Shown here: positions 26,376 through 39,500 of the stretch, piece after piece | Position numbering within the stretch: position 1 is the first letter of the stretch | Layout: each line of letters starts with the position of its first letter | NCBI GenBank assembly: GCA_036172245.1 | Contig: JAYWIR010000038.1 | Coordinates: forward strand, 62,001-126,000 | Direction: 5' to 3' | DNA length: 64,000 nucleotides | Source of the DNA: Raillietiella orientalis | Lineage: Eukaryota | Position numbers and translations under genes: made by a program | The notes under the pieces: generated by a model | The model's database searches: none | What the model was told of the DNA's origin: nothing | The model's input: the letters and a program-made list of their open reading frames with translations, nothing else

Positions 26376-29300
26376 ACCAGGCTGTCGTCGGCGCAGATAC
26401 TGCCACCGACGGTGGCCTGGACGCACTGTACGCTCTCAGACGTGCGGCGACCAAGCACGGCGCACGTGTCCGCGTGGGAGGGACCAGCGACGGCATGACC
26501 TTCTTCGTGAGGCTGGCCCAGACATTCGTCAACCACTTGGTGACCGCGCTCAGGAACTGCTCGACTTCTCTCAGGTCGCCATTCTTCGGCCTCATCCATC
26601 TTTCGGTGGAACCACGCTGGGAGACTCCGCTCTTTCTTGATCTGGTTGATCTGGATCTTGTGCAGCGCAGACGCAGGTGGGCGAGCAGATGCCTCTGGTA
26701 GCGGAAGATGGGCGCACTGGTCAGGACTTGCCTCTACGTCCCGGCGCAGGTCCGCGAACGCGTTCCTGATCTTCTCCGTGGAGAAGTCCTTATCCGGGCA
26801 TTCCTGCTTTGCTCACGCAAGTCTGCGCCGTTAGGAGCCGCACGATGACTTGCTTCTCCATAGGGCAGACATCTTGACGTCGGAAGTGAGAGGTATAGTG
26901 CTTTCGGGAAGCATCCGCTATTCCTTCCGACGTCTGACGTACCTGGTTCTCGAACTGGATGCAGAAGATATCGGTGGAGGTGTTCTTTTCCGTTTCCTTT
27001 GATGTTTCTGAAGACATATTGGTTCTCGTACTGGCCTCAACACTTTGAGAGGAAGAAGTCTTGGATGTTCAACTCCCGGTACGCTTCCTGCCTCCATACT
27101 GCATATTGCAGAACACGTGGTTGGTGTGCTTCAGCCTGTCGCAGTCATCGATGCTGCGTATGGTGATGGCACGCAAGGTAGTCTCCATGAGCTGCTGGTG
27201 GCAGGGAAGCATCTTGAACCAGGCGGGCATGCATACCAGCACCGCCCTCGTGCTTATCTTCTTCCGAGGGTTCTCGGTCTTCAGGATGGAGCGCATCAGG
27301 GAGTGGTCTGAGAGCAGGGTCTGAGAACGTGTCGCAGAAACCTTGGATGCGATTCAAGATTTCCTTTCTGTACAGGACGTGGTCTATTGGCTTGTGACTA
27401 GCTTTTAGCTACAGCAGTCCGAATCCTTCAGACAGCTGCCGATGCTCAGTCACTCCTCTGCAGTCTTTGGACTGGGTGACGTTTTCCATCATGCTGAAAT
27501 CGCACACGACGACGATGATGTCCTTGGATGCGGCTTTGCTGTCCAGAAAGCGCCAGTGCTTTCCTTGGTGTGCGGCCTGTACACGTTTTCCAGGAAGAGG
27601 GGGACGGTTCTGGACCAGGGCATGCGAACTACAACGAAGCGGACGGGTCACAGAAGAGGAGATGTTTCAAAGACAGCGTGTGCTATCTCGTTCTTCACGG
27701 GAATTGCCACCTCTTTCTTCTTCTTACAGTCCGTGCTCGCGAACAGTTGGGCGTCCAGGCTTCTCCCGAGTTCGAAGCAGATGTGGTTCTTCTGTAGACA
27801 CAGGTTGGTACCTCGCTCGACGTGCTGCAAGATTCGTCTTCTCTTCTCCTGGTTCCATATCCCGTTGATGTTCCAGTAGGCGATCTTCAGGCTCCTGGTG
27901 GACTTGCTTTCGCAGTCGTCGAGGAAGTCGCCTCCGTGTCGGCGGACCGTCCTCCGCTGTTTTGCATTGGCTACACCATACGCCTTCCGCTTGCGTGCGT
28001 GGATGGATGGCGATTTCCACCTTCCACACTCCACACGATCCGGTTGTATCACGATCGCGATCCCTGGTGGGGTTTACGGACACTGCCTTCGCGTCGTCGG
28101 TAGCCACTGTCAGCAAACTGGCCCAAAAAACTCGTCTACAGGCTCATTCAGACGTCCCCATACAGGCAATTCTTTCGTACTCATACGTGTTTCATCTCTC
28201 CACTGGTTTCAAGCATGGCGGACCTCGTCCGCCTCGCCACTGTTGCCGTGGAGTTCGGCATTGTTGGCTGCGACGCGTCCCGGTTGCCTAGGATGCATCA
28301 CTGCCGACGCTGGTGCGGTTTCTTCCTTGGACAACCTGGAACACCTCCATCGCTTGGCTTTTTCCGTGCGCTGTGCGATCCTTCCTTTCCCCTGAGGGTC
28401 CTCCACGCAACGCGCAGTCAGCGGCCCTTCGGTTAGGAAGGGGTCCAATTGATCTCTTCAAAGTGTGTCTCTTATGCAGAATGCAAGAGTCCGCGCGAGC
28501 GCAGTCTCCCACGAAGGGCAGAGAGCATCGAAGGTCGGAGTGGAAGGGAAGGTCGCAAGGTACGTTCGGGCGTGACTGGAAGTCCAGCAGCGGCGACCCT
28601 TGCTTCGAACAGCAGCTCTGCTCCTACGAATGCATGCTGGTTGACGTCAACAAACGGCTCGAAGTGACTTGTCTTAAAGACAGCGGTGAGCTGCCCAAGG
28701 GAAAGAAGGACTTTCTGGCAGACGGCAAAAGTACCGATCACTTGGGTGAGGACGTTCTGACCACACAACTCTGGATCCCCACGACTTTGATGACTTGGGT
28801 CGCGAACCTAGATGGCAGCTCTTGGGGTGAGCAAAGGCGTGTCAGAGTTGGTAACAGAGCCACCTGCCGAACCTTCGCCTGCTCTGCACTGAACACCCCG
28901 TTGCCACCTTCCTCTGGAGCCGAAACGGGGGAAACTTTGGATGTAGGATATACTGGACCGCGCTTGGAAGCTGGCTGCACGGATCTCTCCGGAGCGCTTG
29001 CCGCCGCCACCAAGACGGCAGTTTCAGGAGGGCTCGCGTCCGAACCATCTCGGCCTTCTGGCTCACCTCAGGAACCCTCCATCTTCCGGCGACAGAACAC
29101 CGGCAGTCAGGAACGCCTCAGTTCCGGTGGTTGAGCGCCGGCATGACGCTCCAGCGCCATCCATCATCGAGAAAGGTCGCACCTGCAGGCTGGTTGCTGA
29201 CGACGCTTTTTGGTGGAGGATTCGTGCTTACATGGTTGCTTCGTCTACAGCAACCAAGAGGCCCAAATCTCGAGGTACCGTTCTGAGTGGGTTGAAAGTC

Positions 29301-29500
29301 TCGGTGTGGACCCTTTGGATGAGACGAGACGTCAAGGGCACGATGACATGGACCAAGTGCCTCGCTGGGTTCGGGTTTCCATGGTTGCCGCGTCCACAAC
29401 AACCAACGCCTTCCATCAGATCCGATAAGCGTGGCGTCGAGCGCGTTGGGTCCCCGCGCTCGTTTCATTCCGCAGCGCCAGTTCCGCCCCACGGAAGTTG
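26375..29500 (-). mobile_element. Decayed L1/Tx1-like LINE: ORF1 remnant, AP endonuclease and start of RT; 3' part missing
   Basis: APE motifs in order: SLKIAYWNINGI (~27860-27890), IIVVVCDFS (GDFN-like, ~27490), HTNHVFC..GSW (SDH / W.LN-like, ~27070-27130). RT start: EEWRP ... KWLTNVWASLTKKVMPSLV / TCAVLGR (~26450-26590; 'NWRPISLLN.DYK...NRLKKVMP.LV..DQTCAVPGR'). There are many frameshifts and stops, and the ORF1 side and boundaries are approximate. Confidence 0.75.
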
Positions 29501-29999
29501 ATCCACTGGTGGTGAATGCTCGTTGCTCAGCAGTCTGAGATTCGGCGTCGAAGCCGGCAGGATTTCTTATCCATTTAAAGTCCGAGGATGGGCCGAGGTC
29601 ATATGGCCCTGAGGTCTCCTCCAGTCGTCCGCTTCAGCGGACAAGACCCCCATTGCTCCTTGACGAGCACCAGCTGTCTTGAGGCAAAAGGTCGGTTGAC
29701 AACCGGAGCGTTTATTTTTACGTGAACAAACATGTGTAGGACTATCGGCCCTACAACGTCCGAAAGAGTTCGGAACGTGCCGAGTAACCGGCACGCAGGC
29801 CGGCGAGTTTCGACTCGGCAGCGGAGGGGAAAAGGACAAACAGAAAGAAAAATAAAATAAAACACTATTTACAAAAAAGGGAGGGCTCAGGGAGGGGATC
29901 TCATTCCTCTGCAGGCCGTCCTCTACATCCTTTCCAAGATGCCGTCAAGTACCATCTGCGTATGAGGCGAAAGGTCGGAGGGAGTCAGCAGTAGCTAGC

Positions 30000-32900
30000 T
30001 CGTGGTTCGATCCATCCTTCGCTCGCTCCGAGGCACCTTCTCGGAGCTCTGCTGACCAGGTGGGTCAGGTGAATGCCCTCGAGCAGCCCCTCGGCGGGCG
30101 GTTGGCCCTGACCTGCTCAGGGCGCGGTTGGCTCGCAGGCATCCGCACCGGGGGCTGCTGGACTCAGGAGGGGAGCCTCTCGAGGAGCCGGACCAGGCAG
30201 TTCGTCTCCCTGGGCCGCGGCGGAGGGACTCCCGTTTTCCCTGGCTATCCCAGAGCAGTCTGCCGTTGCCTAGGGCTGGCCAGCCGAGCTCTGGCGCCAG
30301 ATGAAGGCGCGCCTCTGTCCAGCAGGATTGCAGCTCCCGGTGTGCGTTCGCGGTGTCCCTTCCGACCTCCTCGGGAAGGGTAGCACGACAGGGGAAGCCT
30401 TCCACCCCTATCAGTAACCCTCTGGCACCTCCCTAGAGGGCCCTCCTCCGGGGAGCAGCCCCGAGGAAGAAGGAGGCGGCGGTGGTCGCCTCCTCCCTCA
30501 GCCTCCACTGAGCACCTCTCCCCCCTCCGCGCGAGGACCGGTTGGCGGGGAGTGGGCCTTACGCATTTGGGACGAGCACCGGGTGAAGAAGGGGTGCGGG
30601 AGGGGTTGACCGGATCACACCATCTCCGCCTCGGCCCAGGCTGGCGTGCTCGGGAAGCACGGGCATCCCCGCGTTGCCCTAGCGACGGGGCGGTAGCTGG
30701 CGACGGCGGCGATGAAACCCCTGTGCTCCTCGCAAGCGGAGCCAAATGGGAACCTCAAGGTCATTAGAAGGACGGGTCGGGATTCCCTCGATCTTCGGAG
30801 TGCAAGCCCGCCCCTTTCCCGGGAAAACCATGGGATTGTCCGCCGGGTCGCCGGCGGCGGAGGGAGCCACCGGATCTCTGCGCCATCATCGCCTTGGTGG
30901 AGCTCCCGGGGAAGTCGATGGCGACTTGTTCCCGGGGCGAGCTTGACCCGGCGGCAATCCCATGCGGATGGCCTTGCTGGCCCGGCGCGAGACCCTCACC
31001 TGCTCCAGGATCCGCGGGTCTCCCGTCGCTCCCAAGCTGGAACGGGGCACGCTGCACCCCGGAGTGCTCCCCCTAGAGCGCATGATCCCCTACGACGGGT
31101 AAGCCCCCGGGGATATGGACGTAAGGAAGTCGCATGGCTTCCGGGATGGCCATGTGCGAGGACGTTCGGATGCCTGGGGGCAGTTTCTGTTCAGGAAGGC
31201 GGGAGGATGAGAGCGGAAGCGCAAATACCTTGGAGAGAGGGGTCCGGACAGTAAGGAGGCGCTGGCCCTCGGGCGTTGGTCTTGGTTGGCAGGTCAGTCG
31301 AATGACAGCAGGAGATCAGCCGCTCCGCAGCTGGAGGGAAGGGGGGAGGGGCAGGACAGGGCAAGGCTCCCAGTGGGCCGGCTTTCGCTCCGATCGCGCC
31401 TCGGCCTGGAAGCTCCGGGGAAGGCGGTTTCCCCTTAGGGAGTCGTCCGCGGGAAAAGGGGAGGTTAAAGGGCTCGAGGCGGTTCCGCGGCAGTCCCGGG
31501 AGGCGAGCACATCTGCTCCCCTCTTCCTGCGGACGATGCCTCCCGTCGCTGGGCCGCAGCCGCGCCGTCCGGGAGAGGTCACTGCAGCGAGCGCCTTCCG
31601 GGAGCAGCAGGACGGACCAGGTGCATCTGGTGCATCCCGAGGAGAAGGGGAGGGAGGGACGCTCGGGTCTTCTGGGTTCGCTTCCGGAGGGATGTCCCAC
31701 AGGGCGCCGGCCTTTCGAGGTTTGAGGGAAGCTGATGACCTTCCCTGCTTCCCTGGGGGAGGGGGGCACCGCGCGTCCCGGGCTGCCCAGTGGCTCCCCT
31801 GGGCTGCTTGGAGTCTTGGGAGCGTGGATAACTCGCTTTTCGACGTTGCCGCATCGTCGCTTCGGAAGGAGAAGGGGGAGAGAGGGGGGAGCAGCTCCGA
31901 CTAAGAAAGACCACGGCGGGAGCAAGAGCGCGCCACTCCCTTCTGGACATGCGGGCGCCAAGTCGCTCCGGTGGTCGGCGGAAACTTCCCCCGGGAGTCG
32001 CAGGCGGGAGGTCGCGGATCGGGGCGAGCCAGCAGTTGCGACCAGGCGAGAGGAATGAACGAGACCTCCGCTGAGGACACAGGAGGACGCGCTCGGCACC
32101 CGTCACCGCGGGTCGCTGCTGCTGTGCCGTTCGCAGCGCCGTCGGCGATCAGTTGACTTCCGATGCGGGGCGGCGCGTCCCGGAGAAAGTGGGCGAAAAC
32201 GCTGAGCGCCATTCCTAGGGGGTGGGGGTGGGGGTAGGGGGTCTTTGGTGGTGGGAAGGGACGTTTGAGGTGCTCGAGTCTCGGTGGACTCGGTGACTCG
32301 GTGAGACGTGAGCAGCATTCGTGATCTGTGACCTTACTCTGTGGCAGTCGGTCTCCACTCAAAGCTGAGCCTTCGACGCCGAGGAATGAGGGGGAAGGGG
32401 AGGCGTCTTGGGTCTCGAGCCCCCCCTATACCCTGGGGGATGGTGCTGGTTGGCCTCTTCGGGTGCGGAACTGGCGGGAAGTCCCCCGGATGCTCCCGTT
32501 GAGTGTCCGGGACTGGAAGTCCACCCTCTGGGATTCCTTACAGGTCATCAAGGAGCCCTTCGGGGTTCCCCCCTATTGTGAAAATGGGACCATTGCCTCT
32601 TTTCTAGGGATGTGACCCTCCATCGAGTACCATGGAGCTGGTTGCTTGAGGCCTCTCCAGTGTGCAAGAAGCGCGCGGCTCACTCCAGGCAAGTGCTCTT
32701 CAGAGGAGGAAGAAACGGGGTCCGCGACGGAGGCTGTGTGGTTACGTGGCCCCACCAAGCGTCGCGGGTTCGAATACTCCGAAGTGAATCGACGCAGTGC
32801 GTCGTGGGTTCCGAGTTCACCCCACAAGATGACGCTGGTTGGCCTACATTCATTCGAGTGCGGCACTGGTAGCGGTTCAAACCGGATGCCCCCGATGAAG

Positions 32901-35050
32901 GCCAGGACAAATGGGAGTCGACCTCCGGGTCCTTCCAGGAATCAAGGAGTGGGAGCTCCCCTTCGGTTGTGAAGGAGCGGACCCCCCTTCCCGGGGGGAC
33001 CCTCCGCGTCGTACTGATGGAGAAGGTGTGTCGCCACCACCTCTCCAGAGAGTGCAGAGAAGCGAGCCGATCCTTTCGGGGGAGCAGTGTCCTTTTGAAT
33101 TTCGGAAGCGTCCCTTCGAGGTTCTCTTCAGAGGAGTAAAACAGGAGCGGATCCCTTGCGGCGGATCCCTTCGGAGAAGAAAAAATGAAGCGGACTCTTC
33201 CGGGGTCCTCCGAAGAGAATAAGGAAGGATTCCCCTTGCCTTCGGGGTTCCCCTTCGGAGACAACCAGGGTGGAGGTGATCTTCATTCCGGGCATCTCTC
33301 CCCAGGCGTGAGAGGAACGGACTCTGAGACCTTACCTGGATTCATATGAAGGTCCTCTCCCGGGGCACCCCCCATCTAGAAGAGTCACACTCATCCGTGT
33401 CAAAGAGCTGCGAAGACAGAAAAGAAGGATTTCCATCATTCTACCCTTGCAGGTCCCCTCTGGGAGAAGAAATTCAGGGGCTGGGGGTCCCTCCTGAGAG
33501 GACGAGAGAGTGAAATTCCCTTCGGGACTACCTCCCGATCGTGAGGAAGGAACGGGAGCGCTTCCTCTGGAGCATTCCTAGATTCATACGGTGGTGGTGG
33601 TACCCCCTTACCCTGGGCACCCCCTTACTGGAAAGGTCTCCCGCACCCTCGGGAGGCGTGTAGACGGCAGTCTGCCTGTGGCTGGTGAGGCATTCTGGGA
33701 CACCATGCTCTCGTCATCAAGTCTTTGGGGAATCCGAAATGGAAACGCGCCGTAGGGGGCACTTTCTCGTGGTCGATGCGAGTTCTCGTCCGGATGGAGG
33801 GAGCACCCGGTTGCAACGTCGTGATCTCGCGGAGATAATAAAGCAAGTGGCTGCCTGACCGCCAGCACCAGTGAAAGCCTGCACTGCACCTCCAAGCGGG
33901 AGTGCGATGGCGAGGAAATGGCTCTTAGGGAGTGCAGTTGATGCAGAGTGAAGCTGTGTCCTGTAGCCGACCACAGGCAGGAACGCAATCCGGAGGTTGA
34001 GGAGCGACGGCTTTGGCTGGCAAGTGGCCCAACAGCGTCATGTAGGGAGGAAGGGTGGAGCAGTTCCACTTCCGGAAGGAGCCACGAGGAGCACCCCTTC
34101 TTCCTCTTCTTCCTCTTCCTTGACTCAAGCGGTGACCCCCTCCCCAGCCCGCTGATGTCGCTTCCATCAAGCCTGCGGCTTGGGCGGGTGCTGGCCGGAA
34201 GCTGGGCTGCTAGCGCCGATGGGGAGAGCAGGAGGGTGCGCCGGTGGTTCGGCCTCTAACGCAGATGCCTCTCACGGAGCACCGCCCTCCCTTTCCTGCT
34301 CCCACCCGCTGTTCCCTTCCCCCAGGCAGCTCACTGGAACCATCCATTTCTTCGGGACAACTTCCCCCCACTCTCTCGTCCCCACCCGCCAGACTGCTAG
34401 CTCCGGAGGAGCAGCTAGGGAACCTCCAGGTTGCTCCTCATTGAGGATCTCCAAAGACTACTCTCTCGTCTTCGCACCACCTTATCGCGACTCCTTCCCA
34501 GAGGGCAGGAAGATTCTGGAAATGCACTGCCGCAACAAAACCTTTCCCCTCCTCCTCCTCTCTCCGATTCACGTCCTGTTCGGTACTTCCGGTCACGCCC
34601 TCCAGCCTGCCTTGAGGAGGAGCTTCCATGGAAACCGGATGCTCGATAGGGTCTCTGTGATGAGCGCCTTCCTAATAGTGCAGGGTGAGTTCTCCGCATC
34701 CCTCCCACGTCTCAAGGAGCGACCAGGGGGATGCAAGCAGGATCTGCTCTTATGGATCTGCCAAGGAAATCACTTTGTTTTCTCCGAAAGGGGGGAGATG
34801 CAGACAAACACAACGGCCTGAATTTCCTCCAGACTACCTCCTCCCGCCTGCAGAGGGAAAATAGGACTCGGGACTCCGCCAGGAAGACAAAGGCAACTCA
34901 AGAAGGTTTTGGTCACGTGTTTTGGGCTAGGGAGTTGCGAAAGCGACTGCAGAACCGATGCTCCCAATACCAACTCGGAAGTATGCCATGGGGGAGGAGG
35001 GCGGAATCCACGAATCCTCCTCGAGTCTGCCCTACTCAATCGTGGTGTCG
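30000..35050 (-). mobile_element. Heavily decayed Ty3/Gypsy LTR-retrotransposon internal region (PR-RT-RNase H-integrase order)
   Basis: Descending on the minus strand: RLQDTAS (protease-like, ~33960); RPRESAPY...SQNASP (RT start, ~33700-33790); MVPFSQ...RVDFQSRTLN (RNase H, ~32500-32595); KVTDH...RL...AHFLR (RNase H end, ~32190-32330); PREQVAIDFPG, GIPTR..ND and ASYRP..GN (rve core, ~30680-30940); HRELQSCWTEARLHL (integrase C-terminus, ~30300). No LTRs are recognisable. Confidence 0.55.
32715..32880 (+). mobile_element. Possible degenerate tRNA-derived SINE
   Basis: A-box-like gtgtggttacgtgg and B-box-like gggttcgaatac (~32766-32777), then gagttcacccc. It interrupts the Gypsy repeat copies and forms no complete cloverleaf. 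Confidence 0.3.
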
Positions 35051-35719
35051 TGTCTCCTTCCGCTTAAACTCCATCTGAATCGACCCTCACGCTGAAAAAA
35101 GAAACGGAAACGGGATCGACAGCGAAGTTCTCGTTCTCCAAGGTGCAGGATGAGTTTTTCAAACGTTCTCATGTCAAAAAGAAAAATAGGCTGTTTTTCT
35201 TTTTTTTTCACAGGGAATTCCATGAATCACAAGTGGAAAGAGTTCAAACGAATGGTGATTATCAGGAAAAAAATGATAGGCCGTCTGCGTAAAATTAATA
35301 ACATGCAAATACTAAATTGTTTTGGCGCGAGTTCAAAACTCGAATTCCTGCCACACGGTAACACACACACAAAAAAAGCGTATCCTAACAAATCGGGACT
35401 GGGAAAGGGAGACAGACTGCCTTTTCCTCGAACTGTCTGAAGAAGCCCTCTGTCTACACATGGAAGCCCTCTTTCTGTGCTGCTTTGCATAATCGAAGAT
35501 TTTTAAATCGCAACTTGTGTCAAACGCAACTATTGAGTCCAGAATCGGCTTATATGTGTAATTTTTTTCCATACCATCTATCCATTTACACTGCAGACTT
35601 CCGAGGCAGACTCATCTGCCCGGAAGAAAGCTTGCTAACTTTCGTGATTTATGCTTTTCGTGTTCACCTGCTTGCAGTATTTGCAGTGCACACATTTTTC
35701 TGACGGGAATACGATAACG

Positions 35720-35990
35720 GGTGGTAATTTGGTGAGCAACAGAGCTGAACTCGAAGAGAGGTAGACACCACTGTCCCTAAGATACAAAAGGATTGCTGAT
35801 ATACAAACAGCACAGAGACCAACGAGTGGCACGTGGCTTTCAGCAGACGAACGTGAATTCATATGTCGTGTCTATCAGTAATACCGTTCATCCCTCTGCC
35901 CTTGCACGGGTGATTGATGGTTGCAAAAGGGAAGATACTCCTTCACATTACCAGCGTGCTAACCTATCTTAGATTTTTGAGGGCCTCATT
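35720..35990 (+). mobile_element. Possible decayed CR1-like 3' fragment
   Basis: AELEER*TPLSLRYKRIADI ... RYSFT resembles 'L.YEERL....SL..RR..AD. ... R..FF'. Confidence 0.25.
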
Positions 35991-36563
35991 TCTGTACTGG
36001 AAAATTTCGATCGGTAAAATGAAAACTGAACGGTTACCAGACTTCCAGCCATTCTTTTGTTAGCTCGTGTACTGTGCGGGTACGGATCATCGACGTTTTC
36101 CAAGAAGGATGTCAAGCACTCTTTTTCCGAGCAAACGACCACAATTTCCACGGATGATTCGAGTGCTGGGATTACTGACATTACTGACCATTGTTATTTA
36201 AGTTCGTGGAACCGCACATGATGTGGTTTGTCTTTACGCTCCGAAAATTCCAGAAATGCAGAATGTGTAACGCGTACTTTGGGTGTTTTTGGATTTATTC
36301 CCGCACAGTATGCTGAGCAAACTGCAGAGTTAGCACACAGGCTCAGCTCTCCAGTGAACCGTGTTTTGCTGCAATGAAAACGGAGATTCCCCGTCACACC
36401 TTTCCGTTCTATCAGTATATGAGATTGAATGTTTTAAGTTTCATCCCCAGAGGAATCGAATCTTTGTAAACATGATTCTATGTGGCGCAGATTTGAGGAA
36501 AAAGCAACCATTGTTTAGTGTTGAAAATATGTCATAGCTTGTCGGCGGGATAGGTGTTCCAGA

Positions 36564-39500
36564 ATGTCACGTCTGGCAGATTACTTTCTTGTTGTTGGCT
36601 ATGATAAAGAAAAGGAAGGTAGGTAGCTCATTTTGTCACTATTACATATATATGCATACTTATTTACATCCGTGCAATATTATGAAAATTGCAAGCGGTG
36701 GCATGTGTTAGAATCATTTAAATGTAGAGAGAAAAAGAAAGAGAACCAAGTTTGCGAACAGTTTCGTCGTATTTATGTTTTTGAAGGTCCACTTGGGCAT
36801 AGTTGTGGCAGAATATTGCAACGGTTTCCAGAAGTCGATTGGCCAGAAGTTGGTTTCAATGAAGGAATTACATTGGTAAGGTACATCATTACTCAATGAT
36901 TGTAGTGTTTGTCTTCGTACAGTTTTGCCAACCTCAAGGCTGGTTATTATCCCACGAAGAAAAAGAACCACAGTTCATCATGGCTGTATTGACGGATATG
37001 GATGCAAATAGGCACTATTGTGCCAGCATTTGCTTTTATGAACCAATATCTATAGTACCATTAACACATGCTGATGAGGTTTGTGGTCTGTTGTTGTTTT
37101 TTATCAGTCATTCTTGTTGTAGAATGAAGATAGCGTCGAAAATAGTTCCCTGAAGTATACTCCCCTATCTGTATCTGCTTTATCTGCAACTAGTCATAGT
37201 TTGATGTATGCTCCCAAGTGTTTAGTGCTAGTGTCACATCATGATCTAGGTTCCACCCTTCAGAATTGCTTAGGAATTCTGTACACAGCATATATAGATA
37301 GGCTGAATGTGCAGCTGGAAACTCTTGTTGGGAACATTCTAGGCTGTGTTCAAGTTCCCCCTCCAGGAGGACCCCAAGTTCGTTTCAGCATTGGAGCTGG
37401 AGATCGGCAGGCTCTTCAGCCCCCTATGTGGGCATCTGTTCCTGCTACAGGGAAAAGTGTTGCTCAATTGTTTCAGCTTCTTGGTCCATATAATGCATTG
37501 TATTTATTTGGTGCTGCATTGACTGAGCACAAAGTGCTTCTGTGTTCCAAAAGTTATCGTTTGCTCAAGGATGCTTGCCATGCCCTTACTGGACTAATGT
37601 TCCCTTTTCGATACACTCATGTATACATCCCTGTGCTGCCTGCCACATTGCTTGAAGTTTGTTCAACCCCAACCCCATTTATAATTGGTATTCATGCATC
37701 ATTGAGGCCACAACTGGCACATTTGGTAGACGTCATTGTTGCCAATTTAGATGAAGGTCATCTAATGATACCAGAGGGCCTAGCAGTAACTCAGCTCCCT
37801 GATGGATTGCGGCACACAGTTCAGGAAGAATTATTGTTAGTATTGAGACCTGAACTGTGCAGTTATGGTAAGTTCTTGGTTAAATGCGAATAAGATTGCA
37901 TGTACTCATGGTAACCAGATATGGCTTTCTCCTGTGCTCCTGAGAATTCAGTGTCTGCCGATTTATTGGACAAGAATATAAGGGCTGTTTTTTTAAGATT
38001 GTTTGCTCGCTTACTCCAGGGATATCGCACTTGTTTGAATGTAGTGCGTATCCACCCACATCTAGTCATCACGTTCCGTAAGGTAAGGCTTTTCTTCTGG
38101 TAGAGAGTCATTGAACTTAAATGTTTGAAAGACTTCCTTTTTAAGTCAGAAAGGCTTAATGAGTTGTACCTTCACGAAACGTCTATTGGATTGTATGTTT
38201 TTCACCACTTTTGTCCAAGAGAAAGGTCCACCTTGGCGTCCTTGTGATCTGTGGGATGAGTTGTATGCAGGAATCAAAGAATGGGTTACTCAGGAACTAG
38301 CTAACCCACACCTAGTCCATCAGCATATTCAGGTTTGCAGTTTGCTGCTGTGCTCTAGTGAGTCCCATTATCCTTAGGAATTGGCACACCAGTTGTATGT
38401 CAATGAGCACCCAAATTCAGAAACTTATGTCCAACGGATTCCTCACCCTATTCAAGGTACTCATTCAAGGATCCATCAGTTGCCCTTCCCTACACTGGAT
38501 TCTGCACGTGTTCAGCAAATTATTGATGAAGGCTTGTGCAAGGAAGGTATCCGTTCCAGGTTGGTGATTGGATCTTGTTCATGATCAGTGATGTACTTGA
38601 TGCACATTATCAGATTGAGCGTTGCAACGCCTATGCCAAGAATTGTTCCTTTAGGTAGCTATCCTACAAGTGTCTTTGGCCACAAGGCACCCTTCACCAA
38701 TCCTGGACGTCGTTTGGAAGTCTTGCATAAATGTGTGACAGCTATTTTCGAAAGTCGCATAGCTGATGCACGCAAGACGCTACCAGCAGTTCTCCATGCT
38801 TTTAAATCACAGGAAGCACGCCTAGCTCTCTGCCATGAGTTAAGGCAGCATGTGCTTGGCAACAAGACACTTGTTAGCCACCAGCAGTTTGATTTGCTCG
38901 TTAAACTCATGAACAAGGCATTACAGGTGAGTGCTTCATCTTTTGAAGTAACCACTGGAAATCCAATTAACAGGAAGATTCCTTGCTAGAAGAATTTGCC
39001 ACAGCTGATGCATTGGTGCCATTGTCTGCTAACATATGCCGTCGTTTGTCTCCTGATGTCACCCAGTATGCCTATACATCTATTCAGACACACTGCATCT
39101 GGACCAATTTGTCATTCTGGGAAGAGCTGTTTTATGCACGGGTGCAAGAAGAAGTACGAGCCCTTTACTCACCATATCTCAATGGATACCCAGAGCTTCA
39201 AGCTGTTATAGGGTGTAGAGGACAGCAGTTGAGTGCTTTGGAGATTGCAGCCGAGCAGATGCGCCTTTGGGGATCATTAACTCCTGGTACTGTAGAAATT
39301 AGAAGACTTCCCAAGCTTCAACTTTCCAATAACTTAGAGCAGCAACAGCTGTTAATTAGCAATGAGGAATCCACACTGTTTACCCAAGCTGTGCATGTAG
39401 CTAATTGGTTAGTCTATCTTTATGTTCCTCTGAGTGTAAATGGCACTCATAATAAAGCTAGTGGAGATACCAGTAGCTTATCGACTAGGTATGCTAGTGA

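Noticed and set aside
32740..32800. tRNA gene suggested by ggttcgaa
   Set aside because: No acceptor or anticodon stems can be formed; at most a SINE head.
32487..33600. Purine-rich ggagaagaa/cttcgg repeats as an endogenous deltavirus- or viroid-like element
   Set aside because: No delta-antigen-like ORF or ribozyme core is visible. The minus strand fits Gypsy RT/RNase H motifs in order with the flanking integrase remnants.
35588..35616. Hairpin cttccgaggcaga-ctca-tctgcccggaag
   Set aside because: Short and isolated, with no family features. Intrinsic terminators are not relevant in this eukaryotic context.
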